Source: Macrostomum lignano
Lineage: Eukaryota
Direction of reading: 5' to 3'
DNA: 64,000 bases
NCBI GenBank assembly: GCA_002269645.1
Contig: NIVC01000051.1
Location: 1 to 64,000, forward strand
Shown here: in pieces, positions 9,799-21,650 of the stretch
Numbering within the stretch: the first letter of the stretch is position 1
Layout of the letters: every line of letters starts with the position of its first letter
Position numbers and translations under genes: made by a program
The notes under the pieces: generated by a model
Database searches by the model: none
The model's input: the letters and a program-made list of their open reading frames with translations, nothing else
Told to the model about the DNA's origin: nothing

Positions 9799-11721
9799 AT
9801 GGATGACGTCAGCTCGATTGGCTCTGCTTCTACGGCGGACGAATTTTGTGTTGTAAACGCGGATCCAACTGTGAGGCGGCACTGCGATTCCGGTAACTTT
9901 CAGTCCAGCATGACCGAAGCCATGGCTGATACGAACTCTGCTGCCGCCGCCGCTGCTGCCGCCCCAGTTGTCAAGGACAACCCATTTAACAATAGCGCTC
10001 TTGACGATGACGGAGATAACATTGGCGATCGAGATGCTGGAGGTGCTGCGTTTTCATCGAAAGAGCAGTGAGTTTCGGGTGTTTTTTTGCTACATTTGCT
10101 TAACGTCTCTTAGAGCAAAGATGCTATATTACTGTAATGTAGAGGTAACTACATGTATGTAATGTATGCTGTAATGTAGGCGTCACTCAATCTGGATTTA
10201 TCCCACTCCTACAGATAAGTATCTAGATTTATCCCACTACTATAGAGATGAGGATCTAGATTCATCCCACTTCTATAAGGATGAGGGCCTAGATTCATCC
10301 CACTCCTATAGAGATGAGCATATAGATTTATCCCACTCCTATAGAGATGAGGATCTAGATTTATCCCACTTCTATAAAGGTTGAGGATCTAGATTTATTC
10401 CACTCCAATAGCGATGAGGATCTAGATTTATCCCACTGCTACAGGGATGAGGATCTATATTTATCCCACTGCTATAGGGATGAGGATCTAGATTTATCCC
10501 ACTGTTATTAGGGATGAGGATCTAGATTTATCCCACTGCTATAGGGATGAGGATCTAGATTTATCCCACTTCTACAGATGAGGATCTAGATTTATCCCAC
10601 TACTATAGGGATGAGGATCTAGATTTATCCCACTGCTATAGGGATGAGGATCTAGATTTATCCCACTGCTATAGGGATGAGGGTCTAGATTTATCCCACT
10701 GCTATAGGGATGAGGATCTAGATTTATCCCACTGTTATTAGGGATGAGGATCTAGATTTATCCCACTCCTATAGAAATGAGGATATAAATTTATCCCACT
10801 CCTATAGAGATGAAGATCTAGATTTATCCCACTGTTATTAGGGATGAAGATCGAGATTTATCCCACTGTTATTAGGGATGAGGATCTAGATTCATCCCAC
10901 TCCTATAGAGATAAGGATATAGATTTATCCCACTCCTATAGAGATGAAGATCTAGATTTATCCTACTCCTATAGCGACGAGGATCTAGATTTATCCCACT
11001 GCTATAGTGATGGGTATCAGCCTCAATAATTGCTGTTCGTGTATAAAAATTGGCCTATCGTGGCTTGCTGTTGCAATTCTCGCCCATGTAGGGCCAACCC
11101 CCAAACTCACAGAGGTTTGTACACTACTGGCGATAAAAATAAGCCAGAGCCGCTGATAATGTACACCCTGTGTGAGCGCCTGTACCTGAGTACTTTTTTG
11201 AGCTATCTATGTGCCTTATCTATCTATATAATATGGAATATCGTGGCGGTGTACAGAGATATCGAAGAAGCTCCGGACGGTGCCAGAACTCCGACTGCTT
11301 CTTCGTTGAACCTGGACAGCGGCGGCCAGGAGGGCATCAGCTATTGCGACATGCTCTACCTCGGCTCTGTGTCGGTGTCTCGAGCTCGTGACGAAGACGA
11401 AATCCAGCGCTATTTGAGCCAGTGCGACACTGCCCAGGCTAAACCGGCTAGCATATTTGTGCCGTACACTAACCGGGGCAGCGTGCGGGTGCTGGACCAG
11501 TCCGATAAGCGGCTGCTATTAGAAGAGCACCCGGTCACGTCTATAGCTTACTGTTGCGTTGGCCGTGGCCACGGCTTGATTAAACGTTTCGCTTTCACTG
11601 TTAGCGAGGCTATGAAATCTGGCGAACTGCAGCAGCAGCAACAGCAGCGAGTTGTGATGCTGTACGCTCCATCCGATGCAGCAGCTTTGTCTGTTGTTAA
11701 CCAGATGGCTCAAGCGTTTCG
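9799..11721 (+). pseudogene. RABGAP1: Duplicated 5' fragment of RABGAP1 (exons 9799-10067 and 11257-11721, PTB domain)
   Basis: Near-identical to 21651-21919 and 22584-23048, with intact GTGAGT donor, TACAG acceptor and GTTAGT donor. Truncated in intron 2 by the duplication junction. Confidence 0.85.
10188..11008. repeat. 33-bp minisatellite (ATTTATCCCACTCCTATAGGGATGAGGATCTAG)n
   Basis: Direct reading; intron 1 of the duplicated fragment. Confidence 0.95.
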
Positions 11722-11823
11722 GTTAGTTGCTTAACTATTAATATTTGTTTATGTATATGCCCAAGGAATTGGGATAATCGAGGATTATACAGTTTTTAGG
11801 GAAGTGTGATAATTGAAGATTAT

Positions 11824-11905
11824 CAATGTCGTAATCAATCGACAATTCCTTGTATCAATTAATCAGTATCAATATCAGTATCAGTATCAGTATTAATCAG
11901 TATCA
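11824..11905. other. Tandem-duplication junction with 82-bp filler
   Basis: The left side matches the intron-2 repeat up to 11823. From 11906 the sequence matches 3227 onward (offset 8679). The filler contains short copies of both flanks. Confidence 0.85.
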
Positions 11906-14544
11906 ATCTCGGCATCAATGTCGTAGGCATATATAAGCCAAAGGAGGGGGGCGATCACGGATCCTTGCGGGAGGCCGTCCGTGAAAACTCTCCAGTTCGA
12001 GGTCGCACTGCCCCATCTAACACGTGCACGACGGTCTGCAAGGAAGTTTCTCAGGTACCGAATCAGGTGCTTGGGAATACCTAGCCGGGCCATCTTGGCG
12101 TACAGGGCTGGTCGCCACACTTTATCGTATGCCTTAGCGAAGTCCAGGAGGACGAGGATAGCTCTCTCCGGTTTTCTCTGTTCGAAGGCGTCAAAGATGG
12201 CTTGGGTAATGCGGGCGAGCTGGTCCATGGTCGAGTGGCCTCGTCGGAAACCCGCTTGGTTCTGGTTGAGGAGGCCTCTGGTGTCCAGCCAGTGATAGAG
12301 TCTGTTTTGTAAGAGGCGCTCCATGAGTTTGCTGACGCAGCTAAGGAGAGATATAGGTCGGTAGGAGCTAGTGGCGCTCGGGTCTTTGTCTTTTTTCAGG
12401 ATGGCGATGATTTCGGCCCGGCGCCAGGCAGTTGGGACTGAGCCAGTGAGCCAGCTACGGTTTAGTAGTTCCAGGAGGGCGTTCCGGCCTGCGTCGCCGA
12501 GTTGTTTGAGGAGTTCGTTGCAGACGCCGTCGGTTCCTGGTGATTTGCCAGTCTTGAGTTGATGGATCGCGACGTTGAGTTCGCCGATATTGAAAGGGCT
12601 GCAGATCTCCGTCCTCAGTCCATTGCAGGGGCAGTCGTTGGTGTTGCTCGCCTTGTGTGCCTCGATGACGACGGGTCTGTCTTCTGGTCTAGACTTTGGG
12701 AGCCGGGAGACCGTCGCGTAGTCGGCGCAGAATAGTTCGGCTTTCTCTTTATCCGTGATGGCTTTGGCGGGTGGATTCCCGGGATCATGGTTCTTGGTAA
12801 AGATAGTCGAGGGGGTGGCGGTCGGTCGTCGGCCGTCTTGGATCTTGATGAGGCGCCATAGACTGTCATTTGGCGACAGGTTCGAGACCGCTTCTCGGAA
12901 GTGTAGGGTTTTCTCCTCCTGGATGACTCACTCGGCAGTGGCCTTAGCGTCCTGGTACGCTTGGAGGGCCTGGGTATCCAGGGGGCGGTCTGAACAGCCA
13001 GGCGTGCCGCTTCGCGGAGGTCGACAGCAGCTTGGCATTTCTCGTTCCAAAAAGGCGATCTCTGTCTGGGGCCGTCTCCTTAGGGGATAGATGACCTAGC
13101 AGCCTTCAAAATAGAGTCGGTGAGGGCTCGGTTGACGCTTTCGATGTGTGTGGGCGCTTGGATGTCGATTTGCTTGAGAAGTTCATCAGATTTTTTGTGG
13201 AACGCTGACCAGTCGGCTTTTTTGAAATTGAAACGGCCCCTGCGGGATCGTTGGTGCGGGGGCGATTTCGTGGAGATCTTGATCCAGATAGGGAGGTGAT
13301 CTGATCCGACATCGGCCCCTGTCTGCCAGGTGGTCCTGCCGGCCAGGTCGGCCGTGGCAAAGGTGACGTCCGGGGTTGATCGGCCTCCGGTGGCTGGGTT
13401 AATGCGAGTGCAGCTGCCGTCGTTGAGCAGAGCCAAGTTCAGGCGGCAGCTCCAGTCGTCTAGTTTTTGGCCTAGTGTGTCTTTGCGCTGGTGGTGGTCC
13501 CAGGCGGTCGCGTGGGCATTGAAGTCGCCTGCCACGATCGAGTTGGGGCCTACCGCAAGGGCCTCTGGGTTCATGTTTTGCTCGGGGTGTTGTCCCTGAG
13601 GGCTCTAGTGGCCGGCGGCGAGTAGACGTTGATCAGCACGATGGGCTTGCTCGAAGTAGACGGGTAGATCGAGGTGGAGCTGCAGAAAGTGAGTTGGTCG
13701 GCAGGAGATTGGTACGGATTGTTGTGGGGTTCGAAAGGGACATCGTCACGAACGAGCGTGAGGATGCCCCCTTGGTTCGGCTGTCCGCGGCGTTGGTCCG
13801 GGTTCTCGTAGTCGAGGCGGGCTGTGGCATTGTAGCCTGAGAACTTTGGTGGGCGGGAGCTCGGTCGCAGGAAAGTTTCTTGAAGAAGGACCGCGTGGGG
13901 TTTGAGTTGGTCTAGGGTGGCGGCGAGCTCGGTCGTTCTCGCTCCGAGGCCATTGCAGTTAAGTTGGAGGATAACAATGTCGGTGGGCTTTTGGGTCAAG
14001 TCCGGTTCGGTTCTGTCGGTCTGACTGGTCGTGGTTTTGTCATTGTTGGCGTTAGGGCTCTGGGCGGCAGTTTGGCGTTGGCGGTGATCGCAGTGTTGGG
14101 GCGTCTCGGCCGTGCCTGGTGGGCTGGAGCTGTTCGGTGTGCGGTTACAGGCTTCACAGACCCAGTTACTACCTTGTCTGGCGAGTCTCCTAATTTCAGT
14201 GTTGCTGATGTTAATACAGGCTCCGTGGGACCACGTGCGGCAGCAGGTGCACTCGAGGGCACTGACTCTGCCGACGTTTCGTCCGCATGATCCACACAGC
14301 CAGGTGGGTCCCAGATTGGGCTCGACGTCTCCGGCTCGGAGGACCAGGGACGCGAGGGCCAGGCAGGTGAGGGCCGGGACCAGGATGGTGAGCGACGTTC
14401 TCATGGGCGGAGGCTTCCCCTGAAGCGGCCGGTAGTGCAGGCCGCAGGTGGCAGTCTCCAAAAGAGGTGAGTGTGACTAGGACAATTGGCACAGAGGGAG
14501 GCCTCTGTGGCGCCACCCCCACGGGAAGGGTGTCCTATTGACGA
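11906..14544 (-). mobile_element. 3'-truncated duplicate of the Ingi-like LINE
   Basis: Identical to 3227-5866 apart from a few SNPs and indels. Same 5' flank and TSD copy (14545-14558) and the same TAA at 13080-13082. Confidence 0.92.
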
Positions 14545-14545
14545 C
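14478..14545 (-). ncRNA. Second copy of the predicted HDV-like ribozyme
   Basis: Same sequence as 5800-5867. Confidence 0.7.
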
Positions 14546-15983
14546 TGCTGGGGCTGCTGGTACACGTGGTGATGGTGTTGTGGCTGGCCCAGGCTGTTCT
14601 GCTCCAAGCACCGGCGCACCTCGTCGGTCACCGCGCGAATCATCTCGTTGTAGGTCGGTCTGGTTGCTGAATTGTCTGAGCCCGCGACGTCGGCTGTCGC
14701 GTCCGCGGCCGTTGAATTAGTTGCTGAAGCCATAGCATTGTAGTTTCTAAATGACTCGTCAAATGGATTGTGGTGTTTCAATATCCCACTTAGCTGACAC
14801 CAATGAGGTGGGGCGGGGAAAGTTTTTAGGGAGATTTGGTAGTTGGTGGGATTGTCCGGTGGTCGCTTGATTTAATGTCGAGTATGAGCAGCTCAGGCCT
14901 TCGAATCGGCGCCATTGTTAATTTGCACAGATTAAATCCGGAAAATCCGTGTGGACGAATCCCAGTTAAAATGTCTCGTAGATACTCCGACTGCCGGGGT
15001 CCTCAATCCCGGGGGGAGGGTAGTTTTAGTCGTAGGTGAACAGTCTTCGTTGGCGCAAGCATTCAGAGTGGGTCCTCAGATACCAAATTTATCGTATCTC
15101 GAATGTTTGACTTAACTTGTTACTAACAGTGGAGTAGAGCTGCCACCACCATAATTCGCGTATTATGGAACGTTAGGGTCTCAGAGCTTGCTTCGAGATG
15201 AGACTGGGTTGTTTTACGCCCCACGGGCAAATGACTCAAAATAAGCTAGGCTTTGGGTTATTAATGAGAAAATTAATGTTAGATCAACTGTTTTATTAAG
15301 AGTTCAGCGACAGGATACTAAGTTAATAAGTTCAACGGAGAAAATAGCTTGGCGTGTGTGCGAAATCAACTAAGAGTAGCAAATAGTAGAGGGGACCAAA
15401 CTCTACTCCAGCGGATGATTGGCTAGTACCGCAGTGCACGACTGGATAAAATAAACGACTTAACGCTAGTTGTAAATAAGTTTGGCGGATTAAAATATTA
15501 GTTGTTAAATTGAATGGGGAGAGAGAGAGCGAGGGCGGGCAAAAGAAGGGGGCAAGGAGAAAGAAAACAAAAAAAACCTTAAAGAATTAAAGAAAAAATT
15601 GGGCAGCTCCAGGGGCACCATTATATAGAGATTGAAAATGCAAAAGATGGACAAATGAGGTCAAACATTGGTGGCAAAAGGTGGTCACGGGGTCCAAGCA
15701 ATGAACAGACAAAATTAACACGGAAAGATAGGGCGATAAACAAAGTTTCCAAAGGAGGGACGCAAAAGACCAGAAAAAGGAGCGGGAAAACCATTGCAAG
15801 AATGGGGAAAACTGACGGAATAAACCAACAACTGGGGCACAGGGTGGACACAGAGGACCAAAAACTGGGGACAGCGGGAATGGGTCAAAAGGTGGTTTAA
15901 TAAGTCACGTAAAATAATATTAAATTTAGAAACTAAAATAATAAAGTTCATTGGATTGTTAGTGGCAGCCCCCAACTGCCACA
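14545..15983 (-). mobile_element. Duplicated Gypsy gag N-terminus (to 14733), PBS (14783-14802) and putative LTR (14804-15983)
   Basis: Copy of 5867-7302. Confidence 0.65.
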
Positions 15984-16076
15984 ATATGATTATAAAATAG
16001 GCTTATAAGAATAACTATATTATCTGTAAAATTATCAAGACTATGGCTATGCCTATATTAGAACATTGCTTTGCCA

Positions 16077-16653
16077 CCAGGTTGCGGATAGTATGCATGT
16101 ACACTGGAACTTTTCAGCATACAAAACCGCCACCCTAAGTCCTTGGCGTACACAATTGGCATATACAACCCCTGGCAAACTTTGTTGGTGTACACTATTG
16201 GCATACACAAGTAACACAGCCACGTATACTTTTTGGTGTACAAATTTTGGTGAATAAATTCATGCCATGCATGAAAATTATAATGTAAATTAACGTTTTT
16301 ACATAAACTAACAAAAAATTTGTATTGTCAGTGATAAAATTTTTGCTTCTTTGAAATTAACAATGAATAAATTTAGTGTAAACTTTTGCTAAGAGTATCA
16401 ATTTTGCATTATATTTTTTGTAGGTATAATTTAAGTTTGTTTAAATTGAAAATATTCATAATATTTTAAAAACACTTTTAATACAAAAGCCTTTCTAAAA
16501 AAACTCTACTTGTGAAAAACCATATTACCTTTGTTAGGAATTTTTGGTGTATATTTTATTAGTGCAACATTTTGTTTTTGGCATACATTGGCGTACAAAG
16601 TCCTTGACGCCCGAATTTGTCCAGCGTACACGGATACATGATCTGCACACTGG
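16077..16653. mobile_element. Duplicated 577-bp hAT-like MITE
   Basis: Copy of 7396-7972 with the same TSD CTTTGCCA. Confidence 0.6.
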
Positions 16654-17738
16654 CTTTGCCATAATACTTTGCTTTAATTTTTATAATGTATTTAAGGCCT
16701 TTTCTCAGAAACTCAAACTTGTTTGCCCTATCACGTCTGAGATGCAATCTCTAAATGAAGAGCAGCGGCATAGACTAGTTATAAAATATAAAATTAAGCA
16801 CCTTGGGCTAAGCAACAATGCAATTGCAAAATATTTTGCTGAGCTCAATGTCCCAAGATCAACCATTTATATAATTCTAGATTGCTACTCAGTAACTGGA
16901 GAAGATACTGTGTTATGAAAAAAGGGGTCAAGACAACCAGCTACCAAGGTCACTGCCACTTTGATAGAAAAGATGTCGAATGATGTTAGGATGGGTCTGT
17001 CCTAGCGCAAAATTGCATGCAAATATGACATCAGCCAGCTGTAAGTCAATGAGATTCTCAAGAAGCAGGGACTGATTGCATACAAGAAAAAAAGTGCTAT
17101 TTGTGTTGTTGGAGCAGAAAGACTGCCAGCGTGTGAGGATTGATAGGTTCTACTGTGCTATGCTAATAGGAGATGACGGCAGACTGGACATTGTAATGGA
17201 CAGTGAATCATACTTCTCTTTGTCATCCAATGTCATCCCTAGTAACAGGTTCTATTATGCAACAGCTCAAGGTGATGCACCATTGCACCTGATAAGGTCA
17301 GGTGTTCACCCAGCAAGAAATTTGAGGCCAAGTCTTGGTCTGGCTGGCCATCAGCAAGAAGGGCATGTCCAAGGTCTTCTTCTGCCATGGTAGCTCAATG
17401 AACAAAGAGATCTATATAAGAGAGTCAGAGAGTGCATTCACAAGCGTCTATTGCCATTTATTAAAGAGCAGCATGCTGATAGCAACTACCTGTTCTGGCC
17501 TGACCTGGCAAGCTATCACTATGCTTGTGATGTTATTGACACATTTCAAAAGGAAGGTGTCAATTTTGTCAGCAAGGAGCTCAATCCTCTCAATGTACCA
17601 TAGCTGTGACCACTTGAGAACTTCTGGGAGATGTTGAAGCAAAAGGTTTGCCATCACAATTGGATGGCAGACAGTCTGGAATAGCTGGAAAATTGCATTC
17701 GCTACTGCCTCCGCCAGGTGGATCTGCACTGTGTACAG

Positions 17739-20700
17739 CACAGCTATCTTGAAGACCAGTTAAGTGACAAAAAAATTGCCCAAAAAACAGTTTGTGTTTT
17801 CAAAAACAATGCACCACTAGAAGTTTTTGTATAAATTTTCAAAATGATTTTGCGAGATATTTTTATTTTATTGCATGTTTTTACTTTTACAATGATTTCT
17901 GTGCTGAAATTATAGCATCTGTGGTCTGGTAGTTAAGGGTTACTTGTATAATGTATAGCATACGTATAATTTTTGATCAAACAAATCAATACATAAATTA
18001 GTAAACTTCATTAAATGAAAAATGGTGAATAATTAGACTTTCAATAACATTTTGATAGAAAATCACCTTTACCTTTAAAAATAGTTATTAACTAAAAGCA
18101 ACTTGTTCACTGGTGCCGTGAGTTGTACACAATTGTGCATTTCAGCAGCTGCTTGCTGTACTGTGCACTCGTTTTCGCCACTTTGTAGCTGCTGTCCCAG
18201 AGGCGACTGAAGTCCGCATGCACAGCCTCACTTGCCTGCTCCGACCAGAATCCAAGGCCATGCAGAGCTGATCCAGGCATTTGCGGCTGGTTGCGAAGAA
18301 ATGGAGCAACATGCTCAAAGACAGCATGGACTTTAGGGCTGACAGGAATGCCAACATCCTTGTAGGCCGCAGCAAATGCCTTTATTGCTGCATCGTAGCC
18401 GTCTAGAAGCACCAGTCCAAAACAAGTCCTACAGACTTCACGAAAGGTGCGAAGGGCTTGTACAATAGGCATGGCTGCTATGGCACCGCAGTCTTGCAGC
18501 ATTTGCTCAAGTGAGTCGACACTGTTTAGCAGCTTGCTGCAGTGGTTGCCAGTAAACTGCCCACCTTGATATGGTGCCTGCCAGATGTTTAAACGATTAG
18601 CAAAGTCCTGTGCTCGTATTGTACAGTTGGAGATTGACTGTAATCGAGAATCAAGCTCCTTGAACAGCCGATTGACAATACCTAGCATCAAGTGCAACTC
18701 CATTGGAGGCACAATGTTGATCACCAAAGTCTCGTCTGGAAAATCAAGCAGCGGCATTCTAACACAATTCTTGAACCTGGCAGCCGAGTGCCTTGTGCTA
18801 CTTGTCTGTTGCACCAGCTCTTGGTAGCTGTTAGCATTCTGTCGTATGCTGCCAAATGACCGCAAGGGAACTTCATGATGTATGCTACAGAATTCTTTGC
18901 AGTTCAACTCGCACCATGGACAGGGGTGACTGCTGCTGGCACACTGGAGGCCAAGTAGTGCGTTAGCCATCTTCATGTCAACAGCAAGACTGAAGCGTAC
19001 CTGTTGCAGTCTCAGAAGGTCCAGGACAGCCTTGATGTTGAAGTAGGACTCTCGAATATCTTCGACAATTGCAAGGATCAGCAGTTTTTTCACTCCACTA
19101 TCACAGAAACGAGAACTGCATGCGGCAGCAGAATAGCTTGTCTTTGTTTTAGGTTGTTGCTCTGCTCCAATTCGCACAATAGTGAGACAGACCTTCAAGA
19201 AGTTGCCTCCTCCATCTATGCCAATTTTAACTTTAAAGTTTCCTTCTTCAATGCAGCGGTGGTACAGAAGGCTATCAATGAGTCCCTCTGGGTCCTTGCA
19301 GTATACAACGTGTCTCATCTCTGTTGCTGCATCCTTCCCAACCTCCAGCTGCATTGCCTTTACATCAAAGAAATCACCTAGCTCCTCATCCAGCTGACGT
19401 AACTTTGACATCAGTCCAGAGTCCACAGACTTGCGTCCTTTCCAGTTGCGCAGGAACTGAGCTGCCAGTTTAGTCTGCTGGCCACTTAAGCCAAGAGTAT
19501 TCTGAAACCTGTTGAACTCTTTGGCAGTCACAGGCTTGTCAACAAATGTGGCACAAGAGTTTTTGCATTGCGCTGTAGTTGTCACTGTCAGCTGATAAGG
19601 TCCACGAGTTGCTAACTGTGTGGAGAGAAAGGCACCACTGGTGCACTTTGTCTTTATGAGGTCTGATGCATGGATTTCTGCACCTCTTTTGTCCATGGCA
19701 AACTGAAGTGAAAGGTTTTTTCTTCTTTGAGTCACATTGCAATTGTGAGATATACCTTTGCCAAGCACAGAGTAGCAGCGCATGCAGGTTGATACAGGTT
19801 GAGCTTCAGGCAGAGGATCTTCGATGCCAGATGAAGGTCTCCCACGAGGGTGTGCACTGACTTTCCGTGATCCAAGGCCTTTACCAATAGGTGTCCATCT
19901 TGCGGCAGTGCAGATGCCACCCTCGCACATGGTCGTTGAGCGTGTTAGGACAGTCATTTTTATGCTTGAAAAGTCGAATGATCGAGGCAAAGCATCTTCT
20001 TCTCGCTTTCCTGCCTCAATGTCAGCCAGCAGAGTTCTGCATCGAGTGCACACTGCAGCTGGTAGTTGCTCATCATCAAGATTACAGCTTGGCATAAAAA
20101 ACCGGCGAATCCTTGTGAGTACAGTTTCACCAATTGGCTTCATGCTGTTTCCTTTTTGCATGCAAATGAGACATACTTTGAGCCGATTTTCTGCATGTGA
20201 TGCTCCGCATGATGGGTTTGGCATGGTTGCAGCTAAATACTATATCAGGTTGAGTTAATTTTCCAGTTTTGATTGCTTAAGATGACACTTTCATGCGGCA
20301 TTGATATTATAGCTTGTTCATTCCACTACCAAATGAGGTTACAATTTTAGGCTCACACAGCTTGTACATAACTTTAAGCTTGTACTCAGCAGTGTGAGTT
20401 GATGTCTCAACTGATTTTAGTGTAAATGTACGCTTGTATATAGGCATCCAGCCTTTATAAAGTTATGCAATTTTAAAAACACAAAGGCTAGGAGCTGCTA
20501 CACATCTCTTACATCACATTTTAAAAGTTGTTCTGCTAAAAAGATACACTGTGTTCTGAATTATTAGTGGGTCACAGATATTCTTAGCTTGGAACTCCTT
20601 GTAAAAGTCAAAACATGCAATAAAATAAAAATATCTCGCAAAATCATTTTGAAAATTTATATAAAAACTTCTAGTGGTGCATTGTTTTTGAAAACACAAC

Positions 20701-20745
20701 CCGTTTTTTGGGCAATTTTTTGTCACTTAACTAGTCTTCAAGATA
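17739..20745 (-). mobile_element. Chapaev/Transib-related (RAG1-like) DNA transposon, ~3.0 kb, ~150-bp TIRs
   Basis: Absent from copy 1 at the same site. Left end CACAGCTATCTTGAAGACCAGTTAAGTGACAAAAA; the right end is its reverse complement but lacks the terminal 6 nt. Contains a single intact ORF. Confidence 0.85.
18107..20224 (-). CDS. Intact 705-aa DDE transposase with Chapa-like zinc finger and RAG1/Transib-like core
   Basis: H-x7-C-x2-C..P..VC-x2-C N-terminus; GIDGGG (D), AVDMK (D), HPCPWC, ELHLMLG, GNHCSKLL, PKVHAVFEHV, WSEQASEAVH (E). Transposase identity is solid; the Chapaev versus Transib call is from recalled motifs. Confidence 0.8.
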   Translation of the reverse strand: MPNPSCGASHAENRLKVCLICMQKGNSMKPIGETVLTRIRRFFMPSCNLDDEQLPAAVCTRCRTLLADIEAGKREEDALPRSFDFSSIKMTVLTRSTTMCEGGICTAARWTPIGKGLGSRKVSAHPRGRPSSGIEDPLPEAQPVSTCMRCYSVLGKGISHNCNVTQRRKNLSLQFAMDKRGAEIHASDLIKTKCTSGAFLSTQLATRGPYQLTVTTTAQCKNSCATFVDKPVTAKEFNRFQNTLGLSGQQTKLAAQFLRNWKGRKSVDSGLMSKLRQLDEELGDFFDVKAMQLEVGKDAATEMRHVVYCKDPEGLIDSLLYHRCIEEGNFKVKIGIDGGGNFLKVCLTIVRIGAEQQPKTKTSYSAAACSSRFCDSGVKKLLILAIVEDIRESYFNIKAVLDLLRLQQVRFSLAVDMKMANALLGLQCASSSHPCPWCELNCKEFCSIHHEVPLRSFGSIRQNANSYQELVQQTSSTRHSAARFKNCVRMPLLDFPDETLVINIVPPMELHLMLGIVNRLFKELDSRLQSISNCTIRAQDFANRLNIWQAPYQGGQFTGNHCSKLLNSVDSLEQMLQDCGAIAAMPIVQALRTFREVCRTCFGLVLLDGYDAAIKAFAAAYKDVGIPVSPKVHAVFEHVAPFLRNQPQMPGSALHGLGFWSEQASEAVHADFSRLWDSSYKVAKTSAQYSKQLLKCTIVYNSRHQ

Positions 20746-21035
20746 ATGACCAATGTCAAGTCCCAGATTCGCCAAGCTCAGGCTAATGGTATTGAAGCTG
20801 TTTGGCAATGAGCCAGACAATCCCTTATATATTTAACTAAATCCAAGTTAAAAAAACAAATTAAAATTAAAAATGTCCAGATTTTTACCAATCACCCTGT
20901 AAAAATATCACTATTTAAATTATGATCTTAAGCTAGACCCTAGGCAAGGCCTAATATTAACTATTATATCGATTATTAAAGAATCGAGTCTGAAAAGAAT
21001 ATTCAGATATCTAGAAAAGAAAGCCATATTAATAT

Positions 21036-21574
21036 CTATAGCATATTCATATCTATAGCCATATATCTATATCCAGATTCATATATATAGCCATATTCAT
21101 ATCTATAGCCATATATTCATATCTATAGCCATATTCATATATATAGCCATATTCATATATATAGCCATATTCATATATATAGCCATATTCATATCTATAT
21201 CCAGATTCATATATATAGCCATATTCATATCTATAGCCATATTCATATCTATAGCCATATTCATATCTATAGCCATATTCATATCTATAGCCATATTCAT
21301 ATCTATAGCCATATTCATATATATAGCCATATTCATATCTATAGCCATATTCATATCTATAGCCATATTCATATCTATAGCCATATTCATATCTATAGCC
21401 ATATTCATATCTATAGCCATATTCATATATATAGCCATATTCATATCTATAGCCATATTCATATCTATAGCCATATTCATATCTATAGCCATATTCATAT
21501 ATATAGCCATATTCATATCTATAGCCATATTCATAACCATAGCCAAATTCATAACCATAGCCATATTCATAGCC
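21036..21574. repeat. 18-bp minisatellite, ~30 units
   Basis: Same unit as 9364-9722, 180 bp longer. Confidence 0.95.
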
Positions 21575-21650
21575 AATCCCTAGTTAAGCCTGACCACACT
21601 ACTTCAAGTAGACTAATTAGCAACATTCGCCCATAGTTTTCAGTCAATGA

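Larger units (their letters stand above)
16742..20899 (+). pseudogene. DD37E Tc1/mariner relic, copy 2, interrupted at 17739-20745
   Basis: Same motifs as copy 1 (VMDSESYF, FWPDLASYHY). Resumes at ATGACCAATGTC (20746) and runs to the right TIR (CAATCACCCTG|TA). Confidence 0.85.

Noticed and set aside
11030-11256. N-terminal part of the 234-aa ORFs at 11030 and 22357 (MLFVYKNW...)
   Set aside because: Intronic read-through with a non-ATG start. The true exon begins at the TACAG acceptor.
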